A stretch of DNA of 63,914 nt, filler included, from Octopus bimaculoides (taxonomy: Eukaryota): NCBI RefSeq assembly GCF_001194135.2. It is 4 parts of 4 records of this genome, joined end to end, with 100 filler letters (N's around TTAATTAATTAA, not from the genome) between each part and the next. Parts side by side here need not be neighbours in the genome. Positions count along the whole stretch, not along the records: positions 14,045 to 44,485 come from NC_068983.1; positions 44,586 to 59,986 come from NC_069008.1; 2 more parts are not named here. One strand, 5' to 3'. Below, piece after piece: positions 34,402-47,039 of the stretch. The notes beneath the pieces were generated by a model. The model did no database searches. It saw only the letters and a program-made list of their open reading frames with translations, and was not told the DNA's origin. The translations under genes were made by a program, and so were the position numbers. How positions within the stretch are numbered: position 1 is the first letter of the stretch; every line of letters starts with the position of its first letter.

Positions 34402-35649
34402 CAGGGTTTGGACAAAATAATGGAAACACCTAGCATCATAGCATCATAATTTTGAAATATCTATAAACCATCAAAAGCTTGTTTTTTTTTGTTTTTTTTT
34501 ATTATTAGCATTGTTTAATGTTTTGCTAAAGGGTAATTAAAATTCATTAAAATGACAGATCTGTCAGACTTTCAAAGAGGTCAAATTGTTGGTGCTCGTA
34601 TAGCAGGCGCTTGCGTAGCAAAAACAGCCGAAATGTTTTGTGTATCAAGAAGTACTGTCTCGAAAGTAATGACAGCATTTGAGAAAGAGGGGAAAAACCT
34701 CCTCGTCGAAACAAAACTCCGAAAGAAAACCAAAATTTTCAGATAGGCGCCGCCGAACTCTAACGCGAATTGTTAGAAAGGTTCACAAAAGTACAGCTCC
34801 CAAAATTACTGCAGAGCTTAATGACCACCTCGAGAACCCAGTTTCCACAAAAACTGTTTGCCGAGAGCTGCACAAAGCCGGATTTCACGGGAGGGCTGCA
34901 ATCAGAAAACCACTACTTTAAAAAAAAAAAAAACCTTACAAAGCGTTTAGAGTGGAATAAAAATCTACAGCATTGGTCCCTAGAGCAGTAGAAGAATGTT
35001 ATTTTCTCGGACGAGTCATCCTTTACCTTATTTCCGACCACCGGTTGAGTATACGTGAGAAGACAGTCAAAAGAAGCATTTGACCCAGACTGCCTTCTTC
35101 CAACTGTTAAGCATGGAGGAAGATCTGTGATGATCTGGGATGATAGGGGAGCTATATCTTGGAAATCCGCCAGCCCGATGGTTTCCTGTCATGGCAGAAT
35201 TAATATTCAAGACTATTTAAGCATTTTATTTGATCAAATTCAGCCTATGATTGCGGAACTGTTTCCGAAGGGAAACGCAATCTTTCAGGATGATAAATGC
35301 ACCAATTCACACAGCTAAAGTTGTTACTGAATGGCACGAGGAACATTCCAGTGAAGTTGAACATCTTATCTGACTACCACAGCCCCCAGATCTCAATACT
35401 ATTGAACATTTATGGTGCATTTTAGAAAACAAGTAAAGAGTCGATATCCTCCACCATCATCACTACAAGAACTGGAGACTGTTTTAGCTGAAGAACAGAC
35501 AAAAATTCCTTTGGAAACAATTCAAACCTTGTACGAATCCATACCTCGTAGAATTCAAGCTGTAATTACTGCCAAAGGCGGTCCTACCCCATATTAAAAT
35601 AAATTTGTTCGAAATTCTAAGGTGTTTCCATTATTTTGTTCAACCCCTG
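34402..35649 (+). mobile_element. Full-length (1248 bp) Tc1-like transposon, DD36E spacing, transposase inactivated
   Basis: 30-bp TIRs with 2 mismatches (cagggtttggacaaaataatggaaacacct), TA on both sides; transposase 34552-35597 (MTDLSDFQRGQIVG...FSDES...QDDN...DLNTIEHLW...KGGPTPY*) with several frameshifts and stops. Confidence 0.95.
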
Positions 35650-35987
35650 TATATATAAAGATATAAATATACTCTTTAATTTTCTTTTGCAATCCTTTAA
35701 CAAGNNNNNNNNNNNNNNNNNNNNNNNNNNNNNNNNNNNNNNNNNNNNNNNNNNNNNNNNNNNNNNNNNNNNNNNNNNNNNNNNNNNNNNNNNNNNNNNN
35801 NNNNNNNNNNNNNNNNNNNNNNNNNNNNNNNNNNNNNNNNNNNNNNNNNNNNNNNNNNNNNNNNNNNNNNNNNNNNNNNNNNNNNNNNNNNNNNNNNNNN
35901 NNNNNNNNNNNNNNNNNNNNNNNNNNNNNNNNNNNNNNNNACACACACACGCACGCAAGCACACACATACATACATACATACATACA

Positions 35988-36021
<34 letters not shown>

Positions 36022-36070
36022 CACACACACACACACACACTTACACACACAGACATACACACACACACAG

Positions 36071-36101
<31 letters not shown>

Positions 36102-37779
36102 CACACACACACACACATATATGCTGATGAAAAGCGAGAAAGTTTTTCTAAAGCTGCGTGTAAAAATGTTTAACAACACTCACGAATAATTAACGGAAGT
36201 TTTATTTACTGCTCACTGTGTTTTCTATATCGATCTTTGAATGAAAAATACCAACGACAATTACACACTACTGAGAGACACACTACTGGGACCTACGACA
36301 AGTTAACTGGTGTATAGCAATTACACCTGGATCATCAACTCTAGAAACGGGCTATACTCAGGACGACAAAAAAATTGTGCCTCCTACCGGCCAAAGGCTG
36401 ATGATGAGATGAGACTGGAGAGGTCAAGCGGCTGCCTCAATATTCAATGGCAAGAGGCGAGACGTATGAATGAGCCGGCCAGTCTTAATACTCTGCAAAA
36501 AGTTTAGACACTAAAAGGCACAAAAGAAAGAGTTCTAGAAAGCCGAATGATGCAACGGCTTGACGCTGATTAGTCGTTTAATCGGCCGATCACTTGAAAC
36601 GACTGTAGCTAAGCCGTTGTGTCTACACGGCTATCCAGCGACTGAGTTTCGAATCTGCTACAGACCCTACGGTCGGGTTCCGAGCAACGAAGGATGGAAG
36701 AAGAACAGTTTCCTTAAACTGTCGACCTGGCTGCAATGCTCGTACCTGAATGGGCTACATTCAAAGCACCCAAAGTGCCAGATGGTTGTGTTTACTCTTT
36801 GTTTACTGTGGGTGACGCTCTGTCAATTCACCTCTGATTATACTAATACCCATGGTTAACAGGTGCTAAGGATACTGCCATATTCCGTCTCTAAATGCAT
36901 TCTCATCAGGCAGTGGAGAAGCTCTGTCGGTGCTTCAGTTAATACGTATGTATTATGTATGCATGCATGTATCCATGCATACACGCATGCATGTATGTAT
37001 GTATGTATGTATGCATACATGCATGTACGTGCGTATGTATGCACACACGCATTCATGTATATAAGTATGTATGTATATATGTATGTATGGGTGTGTGTGT
37101 GTAAGTATATGTGTATGTATGTAGGTGTGTATATATATATATGTATGTACGCATATATGTATAACTATGTAACATAATTAACAAAGCCCCTCACACATAC
37201 ACACACACTTAAATGTACATACACATTTGTGTGTGTGCGCGCGCATTTGTGTGTGTATGTGTGTGTGTGTGTGTGTACCACACTCAATTTGTATACGCTG
37301 TTGATAGGCCAGTCACATGTCCTGAAATAACATCTCTTATGGACATGTTGTGTTAAAACCACAATAAATACTGGAGGGAGATGAAAATTCGTCCCACAGC
37401 GGCCAACGAGAAAGCCAAGTGCATTTCACTCGTTTTAGGCTTTTTCAATGTCGTGTATTCGCAGCCACCGATGCTTGGACGAGAATTTATCGCCTCAGAT
37501 ATTGGAAAATTGTTAATAAAATATTCACTGATGTTGTGAATGGCGGCCCATCTTAATATAAATCCGGTATAAAATAAAGACAGTATCAAATTAAAATAGT
37601 CGTATATGTATCATACTTAATGTACATACACTTTGAAAATCCAGTTACTTCGGTACTCGCTTTGATATAACATCTGTTATGGACACGCTGTGTTAAAAGA
37701 ACAATATATATTGGAAAGAGATGAACATTTGTTGTACAAGTGCATGCCAGTGTGTATGTATATAAGTATATGTGTGTAC

Positions 37780-37888
<109 letters not shown>

Positions 37889-38499
37889 CAGAAAACGAGA
37901 GGTTGTGATTAAGTAATAGCTAAAGGAAGCGTATAAAGAGAAAAGTAAATAAATAAGAATGGGGGTGGGAGACAAAGTTGATGGCATGCTATCACACCAA
38001 CAAACAAACTGAGCAGACGACAATATCACGGGACAAGGAAATAAACAAAAATGTCAGTGCATGAGAGAGAGAAGGAGTGAGAGACAGAGAGAGTGAGAGA
38101 GACAGACAGACAGACAGATTGAGGTTTAACGCTTGTACTAGTAATTTATTTAACAACGTCGGAAGGTTAAAGGGCAAAGTTGACTTCGGCTGGATTGGAA
38201 CCTAATAAAGTAAGACATTTATTGTATCCAATGCGCTAACGATACTGCCAATTTAACCTCTTTCGTGCGCACACGCACAAATGCACGAAAGCACGTACAA
38301 ACATGCACGGACTTAAACGCGTACGCACACACAGAAACGCTCATACATACACTCCACCTCACACACACATATATATAGAAATATTAACATATACTCAGCA
38401 CGCATGCATATATACATATACATACACACACACACATATATATTAATATGTATATACATATATATATATGTGTGAGTGTGTATATATATATACATATAT

Positions 38500-38889
38500 A
38501 TATAGCAATAAGAAAACGGAGGAGAATATGCGGTATCTATCGACTTATTGCACTTGGTATAACACTAGTGTAACAATAATTGGGTACCCACCCAGCAGTA
38601 TATTGGATAGATACTATCCCTTAGTGGGTTGGATCCTCAATCCCTAACTCTCTTGCATTATATACATATATATATATAAGGTTGAGGAGGGTATTGGATT
38701 TAACCAAACCCCGGAGGATACAGGTAATACCGAGTAAGTGCTTTATACCGATTAGTTTGCCCCAATCGTTGTATGAACAGGATTGGGTATTATAAGTCGT
38801 GTATTAGCGTGTGTATATGTAAATATATAAAAACAAAAGGATAAAGAGAGCAAAGGTAAGGTTGAAGAATTTTATGGATAGAGTCTTAC
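38500..38889 (-). mobile_element. Possible pseudo-LTR-like repeat with internal (TA)n, cut by a gap
   Basis: Minus strand starts GTAAGACTCT at the gap edge, resembling sequence just downstream of a hammerhead core; otherwise unassigned. Confidence 0.3.
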
Positions 38890-39497
38890 NNNNNNNNNNN
38901 NNNNNNNNNNNNNNNNNNNNNNNNNNNNNNNNNNNNNNNNNNNNNNNNNNNNNNNNNNNNNNNNNNNNNNNNNNNNNNNNNNNNNNNNNNNNNNNNNNNN
39001 NNNNNNNNNNNNNNNNNNNNNNNNNNNNNNNNNNNNNNNNNNNNNNNNNNNNNNNNNNNNNNNNNNNNNNNNNNNNNNNNNNNNNNNNNNNNNNNNNNNN
39101 NNNNNNNNNNNNNNNNNNNNNNNNNNNNNNNNNNNNNNNNNNNNNNNNNNNNNNNNNNNNNNNNNNNNNNNNNNNNNNNNNNNNNNNNNNNNNNNNNNNN
39201 NNNNNNNNNNNNNNNNNNNNNNNNNNNNNNNNNNNNNNNNNNNNNNNNNNNNNNNNNNNNNNNNNNNNNNNNNNNNNNNNNNNNNNNNNNNNNNNNNNNN
39301 NNNNNNNNNNNNNNNNNNNNNNNNNNNNNNNNNNNNNNNNNNNNNNNNNNNNNNNNNNNNNNNNNNNNNNNNNNNNNNNNNNNNNNNNNNNNNNNNNNNN
39401 NNNNNNNNNNNNNNNNNNNNNNNNNNNNNNNNNNNNNNNNNNNNNNNNNNNNNNNNNNNNNNNNNNNNNNNNNNNNNNNNNNNNNNNNNNNNNNNNN

Positions 39498-39569
<72 letters not shown>

Positions 39570-39619
39570 ATGATATATATATATGTATTATATATATATA
39601 TATGTGTATGTGTGTATGT

Positions 39620-39866
39620 GTATTAATATATCTATGTGTCTGTGCTTTTGTGTCTATGTTTGTCACCACATCACCGTTTGACAACCGGTGTTGGTGTGTT
39701 TACGTCTCCGTAACCTAGCGGTTCGGCTACAGAGGCCGATAGAATAAGTACTAGGCTTTTAAAACAAATAATAAGTCCTGAGTTCGATTTGTTCGAACAA
39801 AGCCCTTCAAGGCGTTGCTCCAGAATGGCAGCAGTCAAATGACTGAAACAAGAAAAAGAATAAAAG

Positions 39867-39870
<4 letters not shown>
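39620..39870 (+). mobile_element. OR2-like CORE-SINE 3' half
   Basis: ttgacaaccggtgttggtgtgtttacgt...gatagaataagtac...aaatgactgaaacaag. Confidence 0.8.
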
Positions 39871-39936
<66 letters not shown>

Positions 39937-40564
39937 TATACACATACACACAAACACACGCGCACACACACACATGTATATGTATATAAATCTGTATATA
40001 TGCAAGTATATATACACACACGCATACACGTATATGTATGCATATATACATACAATACGGGCGCGCACACACACGCACACACACACACACACACACACAA
40101 ACACAGACATTTGCACATTCATGTGTTTGTGTATATTTATCTGTATATGTATGGCAGTGAATACGTAGGAAGGCATAATTGCTAATGCGCTTGCGTGGGT
40201 TGGTCGTCGCGCGCGTGTGTATGAAACTGTTTACATTTATTCACGTCTTTTTTTTTTCAATGTGTGAGCATATGAACGCGCATTTGTGTGTGTGTGTGCG
40301 TAGTTTAGAAGCCCATTTGAAAGCGTATCAGTACGGTTGGGGTAATAGTATTTCTGTGTGTATAAACAAAGAAAGTGTGCATGGATAATTTAAACTCTCT
40401 TGCACGTAAAATATGTAAATAGGTGAGGAAAACTCGTGTGTGTGTGTGTGTGTGTGTGTGTGCGACTGTGTATAAGAATGAGTGTGTGCTTCTAAGTGAG
40501 TGTGTATGTGTGGGGGGAGGGGTGTGAGCTTAATGTTTTCATAGTTTTCTCCCTTTTCTAAAAG

Positions 40565-40671
40565 ACCTCAAAACAGCTGTCCTCAATTCTGAGCGTGAGA
40601 ACTTCAGAGAGGAGACGATCGCTGTGTTTGATAACCACCAGCAGTGCGGATGTTCAATGGGGCATTGGTGA
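40565..40671 (+). CDS. Candidate last coding exon of a PDGF/VEGF-family (Pvf-like) cystine-knot growth factor
   Basis: Acceptor ttttctcccttttctaaaag|; phase-1 frame LKTAVLNSERENFREETIAVFDNHQQCGCSMGHW* matches the PDGF/VEGF C-terminal T-V-x-x-x-(D/N)H-x-x-C-x-C motif. Confidence 0.5.
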
Positions 40672-41194
40672 AAGTTTTAGGAAGAATGAGATTTACTACG
40701 TAACTTTTTCCCCCAACTACTGTCTGTCTCCCTCTCTCTCTCCGTCTTTCCCCCCTCTCTCTCTCCCACTGATACATGCACATTTGCGCCTATCTATCTA
40801 TCTCTTTTTCAATATCATATCTGTGTGTGTGTGTGTATTCCATTGCCACGTATCTGCCGATTTTGGTTTCTCTTTTAATCGCATTATAGTGTTTAAAGGC
40901 GATAGAATGACAGAAATAGTAGACCATCATGATATTTAAGTACACCCCTCTGCCTTCTAAGTTCAAAAATCTTTCTGGGGATATACTTTATGTTTCATCA
41001 CTGTGGAGTCGATCAGTTTTAGGACCTGCTAACTACTTGCTTGATTTATTCGACCAGGCCTATCCTCCAACGAATTTATGCCCCTTGTATCAATGTTAGA
41101 TATCAATATCTCCATAGAATTCCGATGTGAACATTCATTCGAATATAAAACCATTGCGAGAACTAAGTGCTGTGCTTTGGTCTCTAAGTTCGAA

Positions 41195-41512
41195 TGGTGA
41201 AGGCGCGTGGCTTAGTGGCTAGGGTATTCGGCTCACAGTTGTGAGTTTGATTCCTGACGTCGCGTCGTATCCTTGAGCAAGACACTTTATTTCACGTTGC
41301 TCCTGTCCACTCAGCTGGCAAAAATGAGTAGTATCAGTATTTCAGAGGGCCAGCCTCGTCACATTCTGTGTCACGCTGCATCTCCCTGAGAACTACATTA
41401 AGGGTACGAGTGTCTGTGGAGTTCCCAGCCACTTGCACGTTAATTTCGCGAGCAGGCTGTTCTGTTGATCGGATCAACTGGAATACTCGTCGTCGCAACC
41501 GACAGAGTGCCA
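41195..41512 (+). mobile_element. SINE with a CORE-like middle and the OR1-type 3' tail
   Basis: Head ggcgcgtggcttagtgg; ccttgagcaagacac; tail identical in type to 43200-43365. Confidence 0.8.
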
Positions 41513-42059
41513 GTTAGTTAAGTTCGAGTCCTTTCAAGTTCCAAATCGCTCTTCGCCTAGTCCCTAGATAGGAGGGAAGTTTTAATCTAACAACAAGCCT
41601 TTTTCTTTACTAACCACGAAGTCTTTATTTTTCTTGATACAATCAGTGCGATTTCAGCTATTTTGTCTTCTATAAACTAAGATAGAAATTNNNNNNNNNN
41701 NNNNNNNNNNNNNNNNNNNNNNNNNNNNNNNNNNNNNNNNNNNNNNNNNNNNNNNNNNNNNNNNNNNNNNNNNNNNNNNNNNNNNNNNNNNNNNNNNNNN
41801 NNNNNNNNNNNNNNNNNNNNNNNNNNNNNNNNNNNNNNNNNNNNNNNNNNNNNNNNNNNNNNNNNNNNNNNNNNNNNNNNNNNNNNNNNNNNNNNNNNNN
41901 NNNNNNNNNNNNNNNNNNNNNNNNNNNNNNNNNNNNNNNNNNNNNNNNNNNNNNNNNNNNNNNNNNNNNNNNNNNNNNNNNNNNNNNNNNNNNNNNNNNN
42001 NNNNNNNNNNNNNNNNNNNNNNNNNNNNNNNNNNNNNNNNNNNNNNNNNNNNNNNATAT

Positions 42060-42283
42060 ATATTCTTTTACTCTTTTACTTGTTTCAGTCATTTGACTGA
42101 GGCCATGCTGGAGCGCCGCCTTTTTAGTCGAGGAAATCGACCCCAGGACATATTCTTTGTAAGCCCGGTACTTATTCTATCGATCTCTTTTGACAAGCCG
42201 CTAAGTTACGGGGACGTAAACGCACCGGCATTGGTTGTCAAGTGATGGTGGGGGGACGAATACAGACACAGAAACACACGTAA

Positions 42284-42317
<34 letters not shown>

Positions 42318-42730
42318 GACAAGCTTCTTTTCAGTTTCCGTCAACCAAATTCACCTTTGGTCAGCCCGAGGCTATAGTAGAAGACACTTGTCCAAGGTTC
42401 CACGCAGTGGCATTGAACCCAGTACCATGTAGCAAATTCTTACCACACACCCACTCCTGCAATCCTGCACCTATATATATATTATATGTATACATGTATG
42501 TATGTATGTATGTGTTTTGTGCCTGTCTTTGTCCCCACCACCGCTTGACAACGGGTCTTCGTGTGTTTACATTCTTGTAACTAAGGATTCGGCAAAGGCG
42601 ACCGATAGAATAAGTACCAGGCTTTGAATAAAAGAAAAGTACTGGGGTCGATTCGATTCATTCGAACTAAAAATTCTTCGAGGCGATACTCCTCCAGCAT
42701 GGCCGCAACCTGAAACAAGCAAAAGATAAA
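42060..42730. mobile_element. Two OR2-like SINE copies, 42060-42465 (-) and 42500-42730 (+, 3' half)
   Basis: Homology to 53225-53615. Confidence 0.8.
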
Positions 42731-42984
42731 AAATAATGATGAGATTTGAAAATCTTGTCTTCAAGCTTGTTTTCAGTAAGAAAATGTAAGGAACCAGTCA
42801 ATACTCATGAGAAGATTTGAAGTTAGCTTGACTTCAGTTGTATAGAGCACTTGTTTCTTACAGATATTAGTTGTTCCTGTGCCTGATATTGTATTGTGTA
42901 AGCCAAAGGAGTTTCTGTGATGTAGGTCTGTCTACTGGAAATAACATTTGAAATCCTTCTAATCAACTTTATACCAGGCACAGT

Positions 42985-43365
42985 GGAGGCGCAATGGCCC
43001 AATGGTTAGGGCAGCGGACTCGCGGTCATAGGATCGCGGTTTCGATTCCCAGACCGGGCGTTGTGAGTGTTTATTGAGCGAAAACACCTAAAGTTCCACG
43101 AGGCTCCGGCAGGGGATGCTGGCGAACCCTGCTGTACTCTTTCACCACAACTTTCTCTCACTCTTACTTCCTGTTTCTGTTGTGCCTGTAATTCAAAGGG
43201 TCAGCCTTGTCACACTGTCTCACGCTGAATATCCCCGAGAACTACATTAAGGGTACGCGTGTCTGTGGAATGCTCAGCCACTTGCACGTTAATTTCACGA
43301 GCAGGCTGTTCCGTTGATCGGATCAAGTGGAACCCTCGACGTCGTAAGCGACGGAGTGCCAACAA
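42985..43365 (+). mobile_element. Full-length tRNA(Arg)-like-headed SINE (OR1-like)
   Basis: ggcgcaatggcccaatggttagggcagcggactcgcggtc...gtttcgattccc (A and B boxes); tail ends cggagtgcc(aac)n. Confidence 0.85.
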
Positions 43366-44689
43366 CAATACCAGGCAGAAGGCACAGGAAAATGTCGTTC
43401 GAGATATACCAAGAGGTGGGATAATCAAGGATGGAATGCTTCTCTTCACAGGTTTGTTCAATGAGGATTGACCTGGAGCAAAACAACAACAACGACAACC
43501 ACGACAACCACCACCACCACATACCATCAGCACCATCACCCACCACTGCCACCACCACCACCACCACCACCATCACAACAGCAACAACAACAATTGCGAA
43601 CTATTTACACTTCGATATCCAGGTTGATTTGAGAGTTAAATGTATTGGCTCTAATTTATATAAAACAATTATTAATATCAACAAAATAATCGTTTAATTT
43701 TATGACAAACCAACCACGCCTCTCCTACCTTCTTGTGTCTGTTAACATGTACAAGATGTAGCCTTTTTGAACTGAGATATTTTGTTTATTTATATTCTTA
43801 CGATTGCTTGGCTTCGTCATTTCTTTATTATTTATTTTATCGTCTTAGAAAAACTTTCGATTTTGATCAACAGCTGTGTATTTATCTTAGCTCTGCTTTG
43901 CCTGGTCTTATTTTTGTTCACATATGTTCTTACAATCACATAATAATCACGTGAGTCATTTGTATCGAGAAATAATTTGCTTGATCCATCAAGCCTCTGA
44001 GTCAAACTTAGCACGGACTTATGAACTAAGTCATGACGAAATTCTTTGTGATTTTCTTTTAGAATATCTACAAAGTTTCTGAATAATAAAAAAAATATCC
44101 TTTAATTTTCATCGACCAATCGACACACTCCAGTAACATCATTCTTCCTGAATTTTATTTAGTCATGAAATAGATTCAGCATAAAAATAACTTTACATGA
44201 ATTTAACTCGGTGGTTTGAATAAAGTAAGCACCGGATTTTCAGAATGAAAGATTGGTAGATTAAACTAAAATAAATAATTTCATCAAGAAGGCTGCGCAA
44301 ACGCTCCAAAATTATGATAATACTGATCATAGAAGACATAAATCAATCAACAGGAGCCTATCATACAGTTTCGTCATTTACCTAAGATGTAATGTTCAAG
44401 GTTATTTGCATGAAATCCAACAACAAGAGATGGTCACTAGCTGTCACAAGAGCATATATATATGTGTATATATATATATATATATNNNNNNNNNNNNNNN
44501 NNNNNNNNNNNNNNNNNNNNNNNNNNNNNTTAATTAATTAANNNNNNNNNNNNNNNNNNNNNNNNNNNNNNNNNNNNNNNNNNNNTATATATATATATAT
44601 ATATATGTATGTATATATATATATATATAGAGAGCGAGAGCGAGAGAGAGAGAGATTCTGAATTAATCAAAGTTAATTTATATGAGTAA

Positions 44690-45237
44690 CCTTTTTAATG
44701 CCAACCCATGTGTGACCATCCCAACTGGTTCTATGAAACAAAATTCCCGTTTTAAAGAAACCAAAATTAAAACCTTCTTTCCTTCTTCTTTCGTATTATT
44801 GTGTTCGAAATGCAAATTCATTAATTTAATCATTAATAGTTTACTAAATTCTTCGTTAATTTTCAATATCAATCAAAATTAAAGGCAGTGCATTTCAACA
44901 GAATTATGGTAGCAAAAGGAATCCTAGAACAGGGACCACATTAATCAGTGAGGGAGCTTCTCTATAGTCAATAACCAAATCTCCCTCTCGTTAAATTCCT
45001 TATTGTCTTCAACCCTTTTGATATGAAATTACCTGAGACAATTCCTAGAAATATGATATAAATTTCCAGTTTTAAAATGGTTTAAATTAAAACCTTCTTC
45101 CATCAGAATTTCATGTTAATTTATGTTTAAAAACCCCAGCTTAATAATTACAAAATTAGTTTATTCATTTTTCATTATTTTCTAAATTAATTGAAACAAA
45201 GTCAGTGTATTTTAATAGCAATATGGTAACAAAAAGG
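44690..45237. mobile_element. Two piggyBac-like MITEs (44690-44919 and 45013-45237)
   Basis: Ends (t)aa|ccctttt..t-cc and gg-a-caaaaagg|ttaa; the two copies are mutually homologous. Confidence 0.6.
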
Positions 45238-45309
45238 TTAATTAATAATGACACAGTATTTGACAGACCTCTTCTTAGTTATTTTCAAAATTAATTAAAA
45301 CAAATTGAT

Positions 45310-46820
45310 GGCAACAAATGGGAAAGTTTGACCTTTGCAAGCAAAGGTAGACAACTGTGGACATGTTTGTTTATTTGGTCACATTAGGATTGTACATTCT
45401 AACTAGGTTTTTTTTTTTTTTGTTAAGGTTAATCTACAGGTATTCTTTTAGAAATTATATCCAGCACTAATTTTTGGTACAGCATTTTGTATACGAGACA
45501 TCAGATGTAAACAAACAATGAGATCGAAGATAAAAATTGGGTAATGGGCATATATGCCATATTTCGAGGGGTTCTTGTCCCTTCATTAACAGCTATGTAT
45601 TCCATTAATCATCTTGTATATGAAATGCTGTAGCAAAAAGAATCAGTGCTGGCTATAATTTGTATAGAATATCTATAGAAATAATCTTAAGAAAATAATG
45701 TGCAAAGCACTGCTAACACAGGAGGACGTGGTATTGACTTATAAAAACATTTAGTATGTTTTATAGTATATTGTGGTAGCATAGCAAAATACCACGTACC
45801 TACAAATCGTTAGTATTCTAACTAAGGTTTTCAGGTTATAAATCCAAGACTTTTACGTATGGACAAACAGTTAAGCACAATTTCTGGTCATCATTATAAT
45901 TTGCACAATTCCAAATGGAATGGGTGGGGAAGAGAATGTTAAAGGATTAAGAATGAATTCCTTAAATTTCAGTTGCAGCGTGGAAGGTGTTTATAAACCA
46001 TTTAAAAATGCATAAAAACCGTCAGATTCACTTCAACATTTAAATTTAATTTGTCAAAATATTTTCATTGCTTTGAAACTGCGACCATTTTGTCAGTGAA
46101 TAGGTTGTGGTTTCAAAGCAATGAAAATATTTTGTGTGTTTTTAAATGGCTTATACACACCTTCCACACTGCAATTGTTTTTGTTTCAGCACATGATCTC
46201 AGATCAAGTCACTTGCTATGCAAGTACATCTCCGTAATTCTTAAATTTCGTTTATATGCTTAACAGGGAAGACTGATATAGATCTGTTGGCATAGGTGAA
46301 CCACTATGGACATGTTTCAAACTCTCTGATCTCATCAGCACAGTCTAATTCTAACTAAAATTGCCAGATATAACAACCAAGATTTTCTCATTTAGACAAG
46401 CGGTTTCACACAATTGCTGCTCGTTATAACTGATACAATTAAAAAAGAAGGAGCTGACGAAAGATGATTTTCAGAAATTAAAATTTAATTTTTCAAAGTT
46501 AATTTACATGCTTAATGGGACAAGTCTGATCTTTGCAGGCAAAGACGGACTGCTATGGACAAATGTTTTGACTTATTTGGTCCTCATCAGAATTGTACAG
46601 TCTTACTAAGTTTTTCAAGGTAGTCACTTTTGTGAATAATTTCTTAATGAGCGAGCTTTGAGCATTGTTTGCGGGCAAAGGTGAAAAATTATGGACATAT
46701 TTCAGTCTATATGACCCTCATCAGGACAGTACATTCTAACCAAACTTGCCAATTTAGTCGGCAAAAGTTTCCACTTATAGTAAAACCATTGTGAATTATT
46801 TCTGCTCGTTATAATTCACA
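45310..46820 (-). ncRNA. Degenerate tandem array of about 6 hammerhead-ribozyme-bearing units
   Basis: Best unit 46344-46303: ACTGTG-CTGATGA-gatc-agaga-gttt-GAAAC-at-GTC-CATAGT; further cores at 45354-45393, 45552-45593, 45857-45897, 46552-46596 and 46688-46730, most with shared flanks. Confidence 0.7.
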
Positions 46821-47039
46821 TAATAAAATAATAAAACAATAAAAAAAAATGATAAAATAATAATGAAAAAAAAAAATGATAAAAATAAATAAAAAAGAGC
46901 AAAGGTAACCAAAGGTAACATTGATATAAATTTTGAAATTATGTTAATGACGTTTTAATTATTGTTGATCTTTGTTACTCCATGTATATTGTTACTATTT
47001 CAATATTATGTATTGCTTTTGCTATATATTTAACAATAT

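Noticed and set aside
36572-36604. 8-bp hairpin agtcgttt/aaacgact enclosing tcggccga
   Set aside because: Short enough to occur by chance; the GAAAC here is part of the stem, not a ribozyme core.
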